Below, in pieces: positions 1 through 8,955 of a DNA stretch of 21,607 nt. The position numbers and the translations under genes were made by a program. Under the pieces are notes generated by a model, which ran no database searches, was not told the DNA's origin, and worked only from the letters and a program-made list of their open reading frames with translations. Origin of the DNA: an uncultured archaeon (GTDB lineage Archaea > Asgardarchaeota > Lokiarchaeia > Sigyniarchaeales > SOKP01). How positions within the stretch are numbered: the first letter of the stretch is position 1; each line of letters opens with the position of its first letter. The DNA lies in assembly GCA_964525635.1 (NCBI GenBank), contig CAZGJX010000077.1:1-21607 (forward strand), given 5' to 3'.

Positions 1-2073
1 TTTTGAAATTATATCATACCCACGAGTAAGAGAGAAGCGAGGGAAATAGGATTTTAAATTATCAATTATTTCTTGAGATTGAATCGTATCTCTGATGGTT
101 AATGATATATGATATTTTGCGAAATGTGTTGTGGGAATTGTGTTAATTAATATAGGTTTAATTAGTGGAGCTTCAATTTGAATATATTTTTCAATTATTT
201 CCTCTATTTTTTCATTTGTTAATTCTTGAATTTTATAGGATTCATACAAATCACTTAATTTTTCTTGTTTTTTAGAATAGATGATTTCTGCTGTATCTTG
301 ATGTTTGGCTATTTTTTTAATAGCTTTAAGACTAAATATTTTTAAATTAAAACAAAACTTTAAGATTGAGGAAAAAAATTCATATTTTTCAATTTCTTTG
401 ATAAATTCTGATTTATCATTAAAATATAATGGTATTAATTTATGAATGAATGTTTTTGTTATTTTTTCTTGAAATATATATTGAGAAAATAATGATATAT
501 CATATTTTTTTAAGAAATTTTGAAAAGAATAAAGATTGTATATTTCTGAATGGTTTGAAATTAGATCTTGAATTTGTTCACCTAATAATATGATATTTTC
601 TAAAAACTCTTTAAGATAAAATGAACTTGAACTCTTAAATAAATCTAATAAATTAAGAAAATGGTCTTTAAGACTTAGATTATTGTGTAAGAATTTAAAC
701 TTTTTTTTAAGATTCTTAATTGAGGCGGCTTGACTAAGGATTTCGTTCATTAAATCAGATTTTAATTGTTTAATTGATTCTCTATTCGGTTCAAATCCAA
801 AACCAGTAATGGAATAATATCTAATTCTATCTAAAATTAAAAAATCTAAAAGAGTTAAGGTAATTGAATCCTTTTTTTTTCCTAAATGATGAGTAAAATT
901 AATTTCATATTGTTTATTATAATTTCTATGATTCTTGTTAATAAAGAGATTCTGATTATGATATTCTCTGAAATAATTTAAGTTCAAATTATTTTCAATA
1001 TAATTACATTCAATACAAGCTATTTGTGTAATATAACCATTTTCTTGGAATTTTAGCAATAATGAAGCAAAATCATTTAAATATGGTTCTGGGAGGATTT
1101 CATATCCTATAATCTGGATTGAAAATCCGTTTTCTGAAATTCTGACATTTTGAAGAAAGGGTAATAGTTCTATTATTTTCCTTACTTTATAGTTTGTGAG
1201 ATTTGGATGGAATTCTAATTTAAGTATATATGGAATTACCCCCATTTGAAAATGATTAATTTTATATGAGGGGGATATATATGTAAAGTTTTTTATCCAT
1301 CGAAAGTTTTGTGTAAATTTCCTTAAACTTAGACCAGTCTCAATTGTACCATCATCCTTAAATTTTGAAAAATATTCCTTATATTCGTAGAGAGCTCGAT
1401 ATGATTTGAGTCGATAAAAAATTTCAATTAAAATTCGGATAGTTTCTATTATATCTTCATCTCTCATTGATTTCGAGGTCTTAAAAATGAATTGGTTAAA
1501 TAAATCATCATAAAAATCAGTAGTATTATCTTCTAAGATATTAAGATTTTTTCTTACATAATTAAAAAAAAAATTAATTGGACCTTCATGATCTTTTGTC
1601 TGGGATTGTAAAAATTTTCCAAGACGATCAAATTGAGCATCTAAAAAGTCATGATCAACTATATTCTCTTTAATTAATTTACTCCATTCGGAATATGTTA
1701 CATGTTTTTTTAGTTTAATTTCAACAATTTGATTAATAAATATTTTAATTGCTTTATTTTCATATATTTCTATAGGTAAGAAACAATAATAGATCTCCCT
1801 CAATAAGATAAAAGGATAAAACTTTTGATATTTAGTAGATAGCTTAAGAGTCAGAGATGCATTTTGATATTGTCGTTGAACACCAAATGAAAAAATATCA
1901 ATATTATTGAATATATCCTTTGTTTTATTGATATATACGTTATCTATTATTGGATCTATATCTAATTTTTCACTAAGTTGTTCTAGTAGAACTTTAAAAA
2001 GATCTTCTAATTTTTCCTCTGTAATATTATTTTCATCCAAGGCCTTTACATATTCGAGGAAAATCTTAGTCAT
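1..2073 (-). CDS. Large hypothetical protein, 3'-truncated by the window edge (>=691 aa); possible degenerate zincin-like N-terminal motif and Lrp/AsnC-like modules
   Basis: Manual translation from ATG at 2073 (MTKIFLEYVKALDENNITEEKLEDLF...KYQKFYPFILLREIYYCFLP...YISPSYKINHFQMG...LTLLDFLILDRIRYYSITGFGFE...YFPRFSLTRGYDIISK) shows no stop in 691 codons down to position 1. Absent from the ORF track, presumably because it has no stop in the window. Confidence 0.93.
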   Translation of the reverse strand, partial: MTKIFLEYVKALDENNITEEKLEDLFKVLLEQLSEKLDIDPIIDNVYINKTKDIFNNIDIFSFGVQRQYQNASLTLKLSTKYQKFYPFILLREIYYCFLPIEIYENKAIKIFINQIVEIKLKKHVTYSEWSKLIKENIVDHDFLDAQFDRLGKFLQSQTKDHEGPINFFFNYVRKNLNILEDNTTDFYDDLFNQFIFKTSKSMRDEDIIETIRILIEIFYRLKSYRALYEYKEYFSKFKDDGTIETGLSLRKFTQNFRWIKNFTYISPSYKINHFQMGVIPYILKLEFHPNLTNYKVRKIIELLPFLQNVRISENGFSIQIIGYEILPEPYLNDFASLLLKFQENGYITQIACIECNYIENNLNLNYFREYHNQNLFINKNHRNYNKQYEINFTHHLGKKKDSITLTLLDFLILDRIRYYSITGFGFEPNRESIKQLKSDLMNEILSQAASIKNLKKKFKFLHNNLSLKDHFLNLLDLFKSSSSFYLKEFLENIILLGEQIQDLISNHSEIYNLYSFQNFLKKYDISLFSQYIFQEKITKTFIHKLIPLYFNDKSEFIKEIEKYEFFSSILKFCFNLKIFSLKAIKKIAKHQDTAEIIYSKKQEKLSDLYESYKIQELTNEKIEEIIEKYIQIEAPLIKPILINTIPTTHFAKYHISLTIRDTIQSQEIIDNLKSYFPRFSLTRGYDIISK

Positions 2074-2312
2074 AAGTGTCTTTAAATTCTTTTTTAAACC
2101 CGTTATTAGAAATAATGAGGTTTTTATAAATATTTAAAATTTTCGTTTCAATATTTCTATTTATATATAAGATGGGAATTTATAAAATTAATAGAGTCAT
2201 TTAATTTTCAAATTGGGATAAATTTAAGATATCAAAAAATTATAAGAGGATTCCTTTTTATTTTTTATTAATGTAAATTTTGAAAGAATTATCTGCAAAA
2301 CTGATAAAAACC

Positions 2313-2642
2313 ATGAAATTAACCATAAAAGAATTATTAGAATTGATTAAGAATATAGATAAAGAGGGAAAGATATATGTTAAAATAATTAAAAATACTA
2401 AAGAAGAACAGTATAATGTAGTAAATTCTTCTCCAAATCCTATTAAGTTAACCCTTAGATTTGAGAAAGATTCAGAAAAAATAATGGAAATTTCGGAATT
2501 ATTTGATACAATTGACCTTTATGATGATAATAGTAATATTGAACTAATACAAACGCAATCAAGTATTTTTATTACGGAAATTTATGATGCAGATGAGGGA
2601 TATTTAATAGATAATGATCTTTACTTCATAGTGAAAAAATAA
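2313..2642 (+). CDS. Small acidic hypothetical protein (~109 aa)
   Basis: The ORF track starts at TTG 2280. ATG 2313 (MKLTIKELLELIKNIDKEGKIYV) is the more plausible start. It fills the gap between flanking genes and has protein-like composition. Confidence 0.7.
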   Translation: MKLTIKELLELIKNIDKEGKIYVKIIKNTKEEQYNVVNSSPNPIKLTLRFEKDSEKIMEISELFDTIDLYDDNSNIELIQTQSSIFITEIYDADEGYLIDNDLYFIVKK

Positions 2643-2710
2643 GAAGATAAATATTATAAAATCAGGATTCTAATAAGATTTTATTATTCATTATTATATT
2701 ATAGAGTATT

Positions 2711-2722
2711 AAAAAAAAAAAA
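2711..2722 (-). terminator. Oligo-T (T12) archaeal-type terminator candidate for ilvE
   Basis: A12 run on the + strand, about 30 nt downstream of the ilvE stop, between convergent genes. Confidence 0.5.
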
Positions 2723-2750
2723 GAAATTTAGTTTTACAAATATAAAATAT

Positions 2751-3785
2751 TTATTCCAATATCTCAACCCAGCCAAATTCATCTTTAATGTCTAATCTTT
2801 GAATACCAATGAGAAGTTTATATAATTTCTTAGTTATATCTCCTGGTTGCTTATTATTGTAGATTTTAGTTTTTCCTTCACATGTAATTGAACCAATTGG
2901 AGTTATAACTGCTGCAGTCCCAGTACAGAAGGTTTCTGTGCAATTTTCTTTAAAAATTTCTTGATATGAAATATTTCTTTCCTCAACTTTCATATTTAAT
3001 TTTTCTCTTGCTAATTCAAGGACAGACTTTAGTGTGATTCCTTCTAGTATTGTTCCATCCATTTTTGGAGTAACAAGTGTATCATCAATTATAGCACAAA
3101 AATTAGCAGCACCAACTTCATTTATATATTTCATATTAATAGAATCTAAATAGATAACTTGATCGTATCCTTGTTTTTTTGCTTCAATTGCAGGTTTCAT
3201 TGTTCCTGCATAATTACCACACATCTTTGAAAATCCTGTACCTCCTTGACTGGAACGGGTATATTTTTTTGAAATTAAAAGTTCGATTCCATTAAATCCA
3301 TTTGAAAAATAAGAGCCAACGGGTGAACAAAAAATTATGACTTTAAACTCCTTCGCTGGACACACTCCAAGCATAGGACCACTTCCAATCATTATTGGTC
3401 TAATATATAAAGATCCACCAGTATTGTAAGGAGGAATAAATTCTTTATTAGATAAAATGACTCTCTTAACTGCCTCAGTATACTTATCTTCGTCAAAACA
3501 AGGCATTGCAATTCTAGAAGCACTCTTATTAAATCTCTTAGCATTTTCAACAGGACGGAATAAAACAATTTTATTATCCTTCGTTTTTAATGCTTTCATT
3601 CCCTCAAAAATTCCTTGGCCATAACTGAAAACATTTGCTGCTGGAGATATTTCTATATTATCAAAAGGAATTAGCTTACCTTCATCCCATTTACTATCTT
3701 TATAGTCTGAGATAAACATAAATTCCGTTTGGGTTAGTTCAAATCCTAAATTATTAAAATCTATATCTAAATTCTTTGATTGCAT
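2751..3785 (-). CDS. ilvE: Branched-chain amino acid aminotransferase (PLP fold IV, bacterial ilvE_II-like type)
   Basis: Motifs YGQGIFEGMKA, LFRP, SLYIRP, GGTGFSK(187)MCGNYA (PLP lysine), EVGAAN, ILEGIT, GTAAVITPIG. Confidence 0.96.
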   Translation of the reverse strand: MQSKNLDIDFNNLGFELTQTEFMFISDYKDSKWDEGKLIPFDNIEISPAANVFSYGQGIFEGMKALKTKDNKIVLFRPVENAKRFNKSASRIAMPCFDEDKYTEAVKRVILSNKEFIPPYNTGGSLYIRPIMIGSGPMLGVCPAKEFKVIIFCSPVGSYFSNGFNGIELLISKKYTRSSQGGTGFSKMCGNYAGTMKPAIEAKKQGYDQVIYLDSINMKYINEVGAANFCAIIDDTLVTPKMDGTILEGITLKSVLELAREKLNMKVEERNISYQEIFKENCTETFCTGTAAVITPIGSITCEGKTKIYNNKQPGDITKKLYKLLIGIQRLDIKDEFGWVEILE

Positions 3786-3840
3786 TTTTTTTCACTTTTT
3801 CTTTTTGAATTTAGACCTTATTATCTAAGTGCTTTTTAAA

Positions 3841-3934
3841 CTGACCCTCTCTAAAACAATTTGATCCCTAAATCAAGATATCATATCCTTAAGAATAAAT
3901 AGAAGAAAAAGTCAGGAAAAGCTATCTTGACTTA
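3841..3934 (-). promoter_or_regulatory. Attenuator-like RNA leader: hairpin + U-tract with alternative 12-bp helices
   Basis: Hairpin AAGUCAAGA/UCCUGACUU (3933-3909) runs into UUUUUCUUCUAUUUAUUCUU. Alternative pairings: 3934-3923 with 3880-3869, and 3915-3904 with 3852-3841. Confidence 0.65.
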
Positions 3935-4018
3935 TAATACTACTACGTTAGCAGCAGCTAGAGCTACAGCTAAATAATTAATAACTATATTTTCCATATT
4001 AGTATTATTTAAGGTCAT
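3932..4018 (-). CDS. Putative ilvE leader peptide MTLNNTNMENIVINYLAVALAAANVVVL (28 aa; alternative start 3997, 21 aa)
   Basis: ATG 4018 to TAA 3932, co-oriented with ilvE and ending 146 nt upstream of it. The last 18 codons contain 10 Ile/Leu/Val and 5 Ala, ending GTA GTA GTA TTA TAA. Confidence 0.75.
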   Translation of the reverse strand: MTLNNTNMENIVINYLAVALAAANVVVL

Positions 4019-4040
4019 TAAAAAAAGAAATTAATTTAAT

Positions 4041-4048
4041 TATTTAAG
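4041..4048 (-). promoter_or_regulatory. Candidate TATA box for the leader-ilvE transcript
   Basis: CTTAAATA ends about 22 nt upstream of leader ATG 4018, compatible with a near-leaderless start. The AT-rich background limits specificity. Confidence 0.35.
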
Positions 4049-4180
4049 ATTTATGTTCTTTTTGGTGTTTTTAGTGGGAAAATAAACCCAAATATATCAG
4101 AATTATTGAGAATATTACTATATGTAGATTTTGGTAAGTAACTTATTTTTTATATAAATTTATAAATTTAAAGAAATAAT

Positions 4181-4193
4181 GGGAATTTAAAAA
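4181..4193 (+). promoter_or_regulatory. Candidate BRE/TATA promoter of TPR-longin gene 1
   Basis: GGGAA-TTTAAAAA, with the TATA element starting 38 nt before ATG 4224. An equivalent element lies at the same spacing before the paralog. Confidence 0.5.
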
Positions 4194-4223
4194 TACTATT
4201 TATCTTATATATATTTAGCTAAT

Positions 4224-6416
4224 ATGCCTGATGATAAAAAAATCTCACAAGTAAATGAATATATATCTCATGGGAAATTTCAGTCTGCTTTAGAGACTAT
4301 AAAACTAATCGAAGAAGAGAGGAAATTATCTGATGATGAATCTTTAATAAAGAAATATGCAAGAATTTTTCTTTATCTTGATAAAGGTAAGTTTCAACTA
4401 GGAAGAACCCTTGCTGATGAAATGATTAAAGAATCAAGGAAACAAAATAATATTTTAAGGGAAATAGATGCATTCATTGGAAAGATTGAAAATACAATTT
4501 GTTTAGGAGTAATTGAAAAGTCCTTAGATTTAATTAAGAGAGGAAAGACAGTTTTAGAGAAATTTCAGGATAAAAATAGTCGAGAATTCATAAGAAGAAA
4601 AGCGTATTTAAAATTTTTAAAGGGACGTGTTTTTGCTGAGAAAACAGAAATGCATAAATCCATAAAACTAATCGAAGATAGTTATTATCTTAGGAAGGAA
4701 ATTAATGATAAATATGGAATGTTATGGTCTTTATTAAATTCTGGTTCATTAATAATGTCCATTGGAGAGTTCCAAAAAGGTAAAGAATACTTAGAAAAAA
4801 GTTTGAGAATAGCAGAAGAACTTAATTGTGAAGTTGGAATTGTATGGGCTTCAATCCATTTAGGAGGTATTGAATATCAACTTAGCAATTTAGATGTCGC
4901 AATGTCATATGCAGAAAGATGTCTTTTAATTACCGAAAAACAAGAATATAAACACTCAAGTTCTAGTTGTTATGATATTATTGGACATTGTCTAAATAAA
5001 AAAGGAAAGTTAGATAAAGCTCTATATTATTTCCAAAAAAGTTTGGTAAATAGAATAGAGTCAGGTTATAAATATTTAATCGCACAATCCTTTTATACAA
5101 TTGGAAATATTTATATTCAGAAAGGTCAACTTAAAGAAGCTTTAGATTATTTTAATCAAATATTAGAAATGCCAGAGGTTCAAGAAGACGACGTTTCTAA
5201 ACCAGCATATCTCACAACAATTGGAAGAATACATGGAGAACTCGGAGATTTCTCTACCGCAAAAAAATATTTAACACAAGCAATTGAACTATTAAAAAAT
5301 AAAGAAGGATATATATTTCATTATCAAAATTTTTCTTTATCAATAACGACAACTCTTCATGGTTTAATTGTTATTTTAGCAGAAGGTAAAGAATTTAATA
5401 TGGTTGATTTTTATTTAGAGGAATTATATAAATTAAGCCAAAAATATCCTGAAATAAAACAATTTGAACAATTATATCGATTAGATAAAGCAATTGTTTT
5501 AAAATCAAGTGATCGATTAATGGATAAGATGGAAGCTGGAGCAATTCTTAAAAGAATTACAGAAGAAGATATTATTGATTATGAAATAACTACCGAAGCA
5601 ATGACAAATTTATGTGAGGTGTTAATTAATGAATTAGAATTAACTGGCGATAACAAGATTTTTCATGAAATAGTATCACTTTCAGATATATTACTTGTAA
5701 TTGCACAACATCAAAATTTATTTGATTTATTAGCAAAAACATATTTCTTTAAGGCTAAAATTTCACTACTACAATTAAATATTAATAATGCAAGATTATT
5801 ATTAATAAAAGGTCAAAACACTGCATATAAACATGGATTAAAACGATTAGCAAATAAAATATCAAATGAACACGATTCTCTATTAGAAAATTTAGATAAA
5901 TGGGAAGAGAGGAAAAAGAATAAAATTTCTTTGCAAGAAAGAATAAATGAATCCAGAAATGAATTATTATTCTCTAAAATGGTTAGGTCTAGAATATCAG
6001 ATAGTATAATAGAAAGAGATACTTCAATTTATCTGGTAATTCTAAGTAGCGAAAAAGGAGATAGTATATATAGCAAAGCATTCGAAGAAATTAAAATTGA
6101 TGATAATCTTATAGCAGGTTTTATTTCAGCTATTAACATGTTTGGAAAAGAAGCATTTTCTTCTTCAGGATCGATTGATCGGATAAAACATGGAGAATAT
6201 CTAATAATTCTCCATTCTCATAAGGAGCTTATATTTGGATATGTGTTTAAGGGTCAATCCTATTCAGCAATAACTAAATTAGAAAATTTAATTGAAGAAT
6301 TATCAAACTCAGAGAAATTAATTAATTCTTTAAAATGGGCAATTAGAGGTTACACAGAAATTCCTGATGATATTCACAATCAGATAGATATGTTAGTTGA
6401 ACAAATTTTCTTATAA
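4224..6416 (+). CDS. Tetratricopeptide-repeat protein with C-terminal longin-like domain (paralog 1)
   Basis: Repeated TPR patterns (e.g. YDIIGHCLNKKGKLDKALYYFQKSL, FYTIGNIYIQKGQLKEALDYFNQIL). The C-terminus YLVILSSEKGDSIYSKAF...NLIAGFISAINMFGKEAF...IDRIKHGEYLIILH...FGYVF has the beta-beta-alpha-beta-beta-beta-alpha pattern of longin domains. Confidence 0.85.
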   Translation: MPDDKKISQVNEYISHGKFQSALETIKLIEEERKLSDDESLIKKYARIFLYLDKGKFQLGRTLADEMIKESRKQNNILREIDAFIGKIENTICLGVIEKSLDLIKRGKTVLEKFQDKNSREFIRRKAYLKFLKGRVFAEKTEMHKSIKLIEDSYYLRKEINDKYGMLWSLLNSGSLIMSIGEFQKGKEYLEKSLRIAEELNCEVGIVWASIHLGGIEYQLSNLDVAMSYAERCLLITEKQEYKHSSSSCYDIIGHCLNKKGKLDKALYYFQKSLVNRIESGYKYLIAQSFYTIGNIYIQKGQLKEALDYFNQILEMPEVQEDDVSKPAYLTTIGRIHGELGDFSTAKKYLTQAIELLKNKEGYIFHYQNFSLSITTTLHGLIVILAEGKEFNMVDFYLEELYKLSQKYPEIKQFEQLYRLDKAIVLKSSDRLMDKMEAGAILKRITEEDIIDYEITTEAMTNLCEVLINELELTGDNKIFHEIVSLSDILLVIAQHQNLFDLLAKTYFFKAKISLLQLNINNARLLLIKGQNTAYKHGLKRLANKISNEHDSLLENLDKWEERKKNKISLQERINESRNELLFSKMVRSRISDSIIERDTSIYLVILSSEKGDSIYSKAFEEIKIDDNLIAGFISAINMFGKEAFSSSGSIDRIKHGEYLIILHSHKELIFGYVFKGQSYSAITKLENLIEELSNSEKLINSLKWAIRGYTEIPDDIHNQIDMLVEQIFL

Positions 6417-6588
6417 TAAGCTTAGAAAGAATATCTTTAGAAAAAGAGATATGGTTAAATAGCTATTTCTGTAAAATATATTAGATTTAACATTTTTTAA
6501 AGATTAAATAATTGATTTTTTTTTTTCAAAAATATTAGAAAGTAAAGTTATTATAAATTTGAATTTATATAGTTTATAGAATAATAAA

Positions 6589-6601
6589 GTGAATTTATAA
6601 T
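6589..6601 (+). promoter_or_regulatory. Candidate BRE/TATA promoter of TPR-longin gene 2
   Basis: GTGAA-TTTATAAT, with the TATA element starting 37 nt before ATG 6631, mirroring the element at 4181-4193. Confidence 0.5.
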
Positions 6602-6630
6602 ATATTTTATGTTTTGTACGATACTAAAAA

Positions 6631-8832
6631 ATGTCAGAAAAACGAAATTTACAATTTAATGAATTCTTATCACAAGGAAAATATGTAAAAGCTTTGCAAC
6701 AACTAAATCTAATTAAGAAAAAAAGATCTTTATCTGAGGATGAAATTTTAGTCAAAAAATATATTCAAATTTTTATACATCTCGATAAAGGTGAATTTCA
6801 AAAAGGACGAAGTCTTGCTGAAGAATTGATCAAGGATTCGAAGAAAAAAAAGAATGTGATACGAGAGATTGACGGAATAATCGGGAAAACTGAAAATACT
6901 ATTTGTTTAGGATTATTTGATGAAGCAATGGAATCAATTAAAAAAGGAATTACTCTATTAAAAAAAATTGAAAATAAAGATAATAACCTTTACTTAGAAA
7001 GAAAAGCTTATTTAATATTTCTAAAGGGTCGTGCTTTTGCTGAAAAATTTAAGATGTTTGAGGCAATTAAATCATTTCAAAAAAGCTATGAACTTAGAAA
7101 ACAAGCTGATAATAAATATGGTATGTTATGGTCCTTATTGAATTGGGGATCTTTAGCAATGGGCGTAGGTAAATTTAGGGAAGGTGAAAATTACTTAGAA
7201 AAAAGCCTTAAAATTGCTGAAGAACTAGATTGTGAAGTTGGAATTATATGGAACTTAATTAATTTAGGAGGAATTGAATATCAACTTAGAAATTTAGATA
7301 AAGCAATATCATATGCAGAAAGATGTCTTTCAATTTCAGAACCGAGAGATTATAAACATTCAAGTTCAATGTGTTATGATATTATGGGTCATTGTCTATT
7401 TAAAAAAGGATTTCTTGATAAAGCATTAGTGTATTTTCAAAAAAGTCTAGAGAAGAGATTAGAAACAGGTTATAAAAATTTAATAGCACAGTCTTATTAT
7501 AGCATTGGAAATATATATACTCAGAAAGGTGAACTTAAAGATGGTTTAGCTTATTATGAAAAAATATTAAAAATGCCTGAAGTTAAAGAAGATAATGTTT
7601 CTAAACCTGCATATTTAACTACAATTGGAAAAATATATGGAGAACTAGGAGATTTTCATACCGCAAAAAAATATTTAATAGAAGCATTTGAACTATTAAA
7701 CAATAATGAACAATATCTATTTCATTATCTAAATTTTAGTGTATCAATAATAAAAACTCTTCATTATATAATAGTTCTTTTGGTTGAAAATAATGAATGT
7801 AAGGACATAGAGTATTACCTTGATGAATTATATAAATTAAGCCAAAAATATCCAGAAATGAGACAATATGAAATGATGTATCGTTTGGATAAAGCAATTG
7901 TATTAAAATCAAGCAGTCGATTAATGGATAAGATGAAAGCAGGAACAGTTCTTAAAAAAATCACCAAGGAAGATATTATTGATCATGAAATAACTATCGA
8001 AGCAATGACAAATTTATGTGAAGTATTAATAAATGAATTAGAATTAACAGGAGATACAACAATTATTCAAGAAATTGTAATTCTTTCTGATAAATTACTT
8101 GAAATTGCACAATCTCAATATTTTTATGATTTATTAGCAGAAACATACTTCTTTAAAGCAAAAATATCATTACTACAATTAGATATTAATAATACGCGAT
8201 TATTTTTAATGAAAGCTCAAAATACCGCAAATGACCATGGATTAAAACGACTAGCAAATAAAATATCAAATGAACATGACTCATTATTAGAAAACTTAAA
8301 TGATTTAGAAGAAAAAATTAAAAAAAATACACCTTTACAACAAAGAATAAATGAATCAAGAAATGATTTTTTATTCTCTAAAATGGTTAGGTCTAAAATA
8401 TCTGATCAAGTAAGAGTTATAGATACTCCAATATATCTAGTTATATTAAATAGTAACAAAGGAGATTGTATTTACAGTAAAGCATTCGAAGAAATTAAAA
8501 TTGATGAAAATCTTATAGCAGGTTTTATTTCAGCTATTAATATGTTTGGAAAAGAAGCATTCTCTTCTTCAGGATCTATTGATCGTATAAAGCACGGTGA
8601 ATATATGATAATTCTACATTCTTATAAAGAATTTATATTTGGATATGTGTTTAAAGGGCAATCCTATCCAGCCTTATCTAAATTAGAAAGTCTTATCGAA
8701 CAATTATCACAATCCAAGGAATTAATTAAGTCTTTAGATTATTCAATTCACAGTTATATGGAAATTTCTGATGAAACACAATTGGAAATAGATACTCTGA
8801 TCGACCAAATTTTTTCTTATAAAAGTAAATAG
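6631..8832 (+). CDS. Tetratricopeptide-repeat protein with C-terminal longin-like domain (paralog 2)
   Basis: Colinear along its full length with 4224..6416, with long identical blocks (VSKPAYLTTIG, EAMTNLCEVLINELELTGD, HGLKRLANKISNEHDSLLENL, NLIAGFISAINMFGKEAFSSSGSIDRIKHGEY). Confidence 0.85.
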   Translation: MSEKRNLQFNEFLSQGKYVKALQQLNLIKKKRSLSEDEILVKKYIQIFIHLDKGEFQKGRSLAEELIKDSKKKKNVIREIDGIIGKTENTICLGLFDEAMESIKKGITLLKKIENKDNNLYLERKAYLIFLKGRAFAEKFKMFEAIKSFQKSYELRKQADNKYGMLWSLLNWGSLAMGVGKFREGENYLEKSLKIAEELDCEVGIIWNLINLGGIEYQLRNLDKAISYAERCLSISEPRDYKHSSSMCYDIMGHCLFKKGFLDKALVYFQKSLEKRLETGYKNLIAQSYYSIGNIYTQKGELKDGLAYYEKILKMPEVKEDNVSKPAYLTTIGKIYGELGDFHTAKKYLIEAFELLNNNEQYLFHYLNFSVSIIKTLHYIIVLLVENNECKDIEYYLDELYKLSQKYPEMRQYEMMYRLDKAIVLKSSSRLMDKMKAGTVLKKITKEDIIDHEITIEAMTNLCEVLINELELTGDTTIIQEIVILSDKLLEIAQSQYFYDLLAETYFFKAKISLLQLDINNTRLFLMKAQNTANDHGLKRLANKISNEHDSLLENLNDLEEKIKKNTPLQQRINESRNDFLFSKMVRSKISDQVRVIDTPIYLVILNSNKGDCIYSKAFEEIKIDENLIAGFISAINMFGKEAFSSSGSIDRIKHGEYMIILHSYKEFIFGYVFKGQSYPALSKLESLIEQLSQSKELIKSLDYSIHSYMEISDETQLEIDTLIDQIFSYKSK

Positions 8833-8955
8833 AAATATATTTACAACAAACCTACATTATATAGATTGGGTGTTTTTACAATTTTATAGCAATTTTAATA
8901 ATTGAATATAGAATTAAATTGAATAGATCCTAAAATAAGGGTAGGTTTCAACTAT

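Noticed and set aside
1907-2137. 76-aa + strand ORF in the track
   Set aside because: Antisense shadow of the long minus-strand gene starting at 2073.
2656-2684. Inverted repeat ATAAAATC...GATTTTAT between convergent genes
   Set aside because: Weak AT-rich 8-bp stem with a long loop; not distinguishable from background.
4155-4170. Perfect 16-bp palindrome TAAATTTATAAATTTA in the divergent intergenic region
   Set aside because: A/T-only in a very AT-rich spacer; it could be an operator but cannot be supported.
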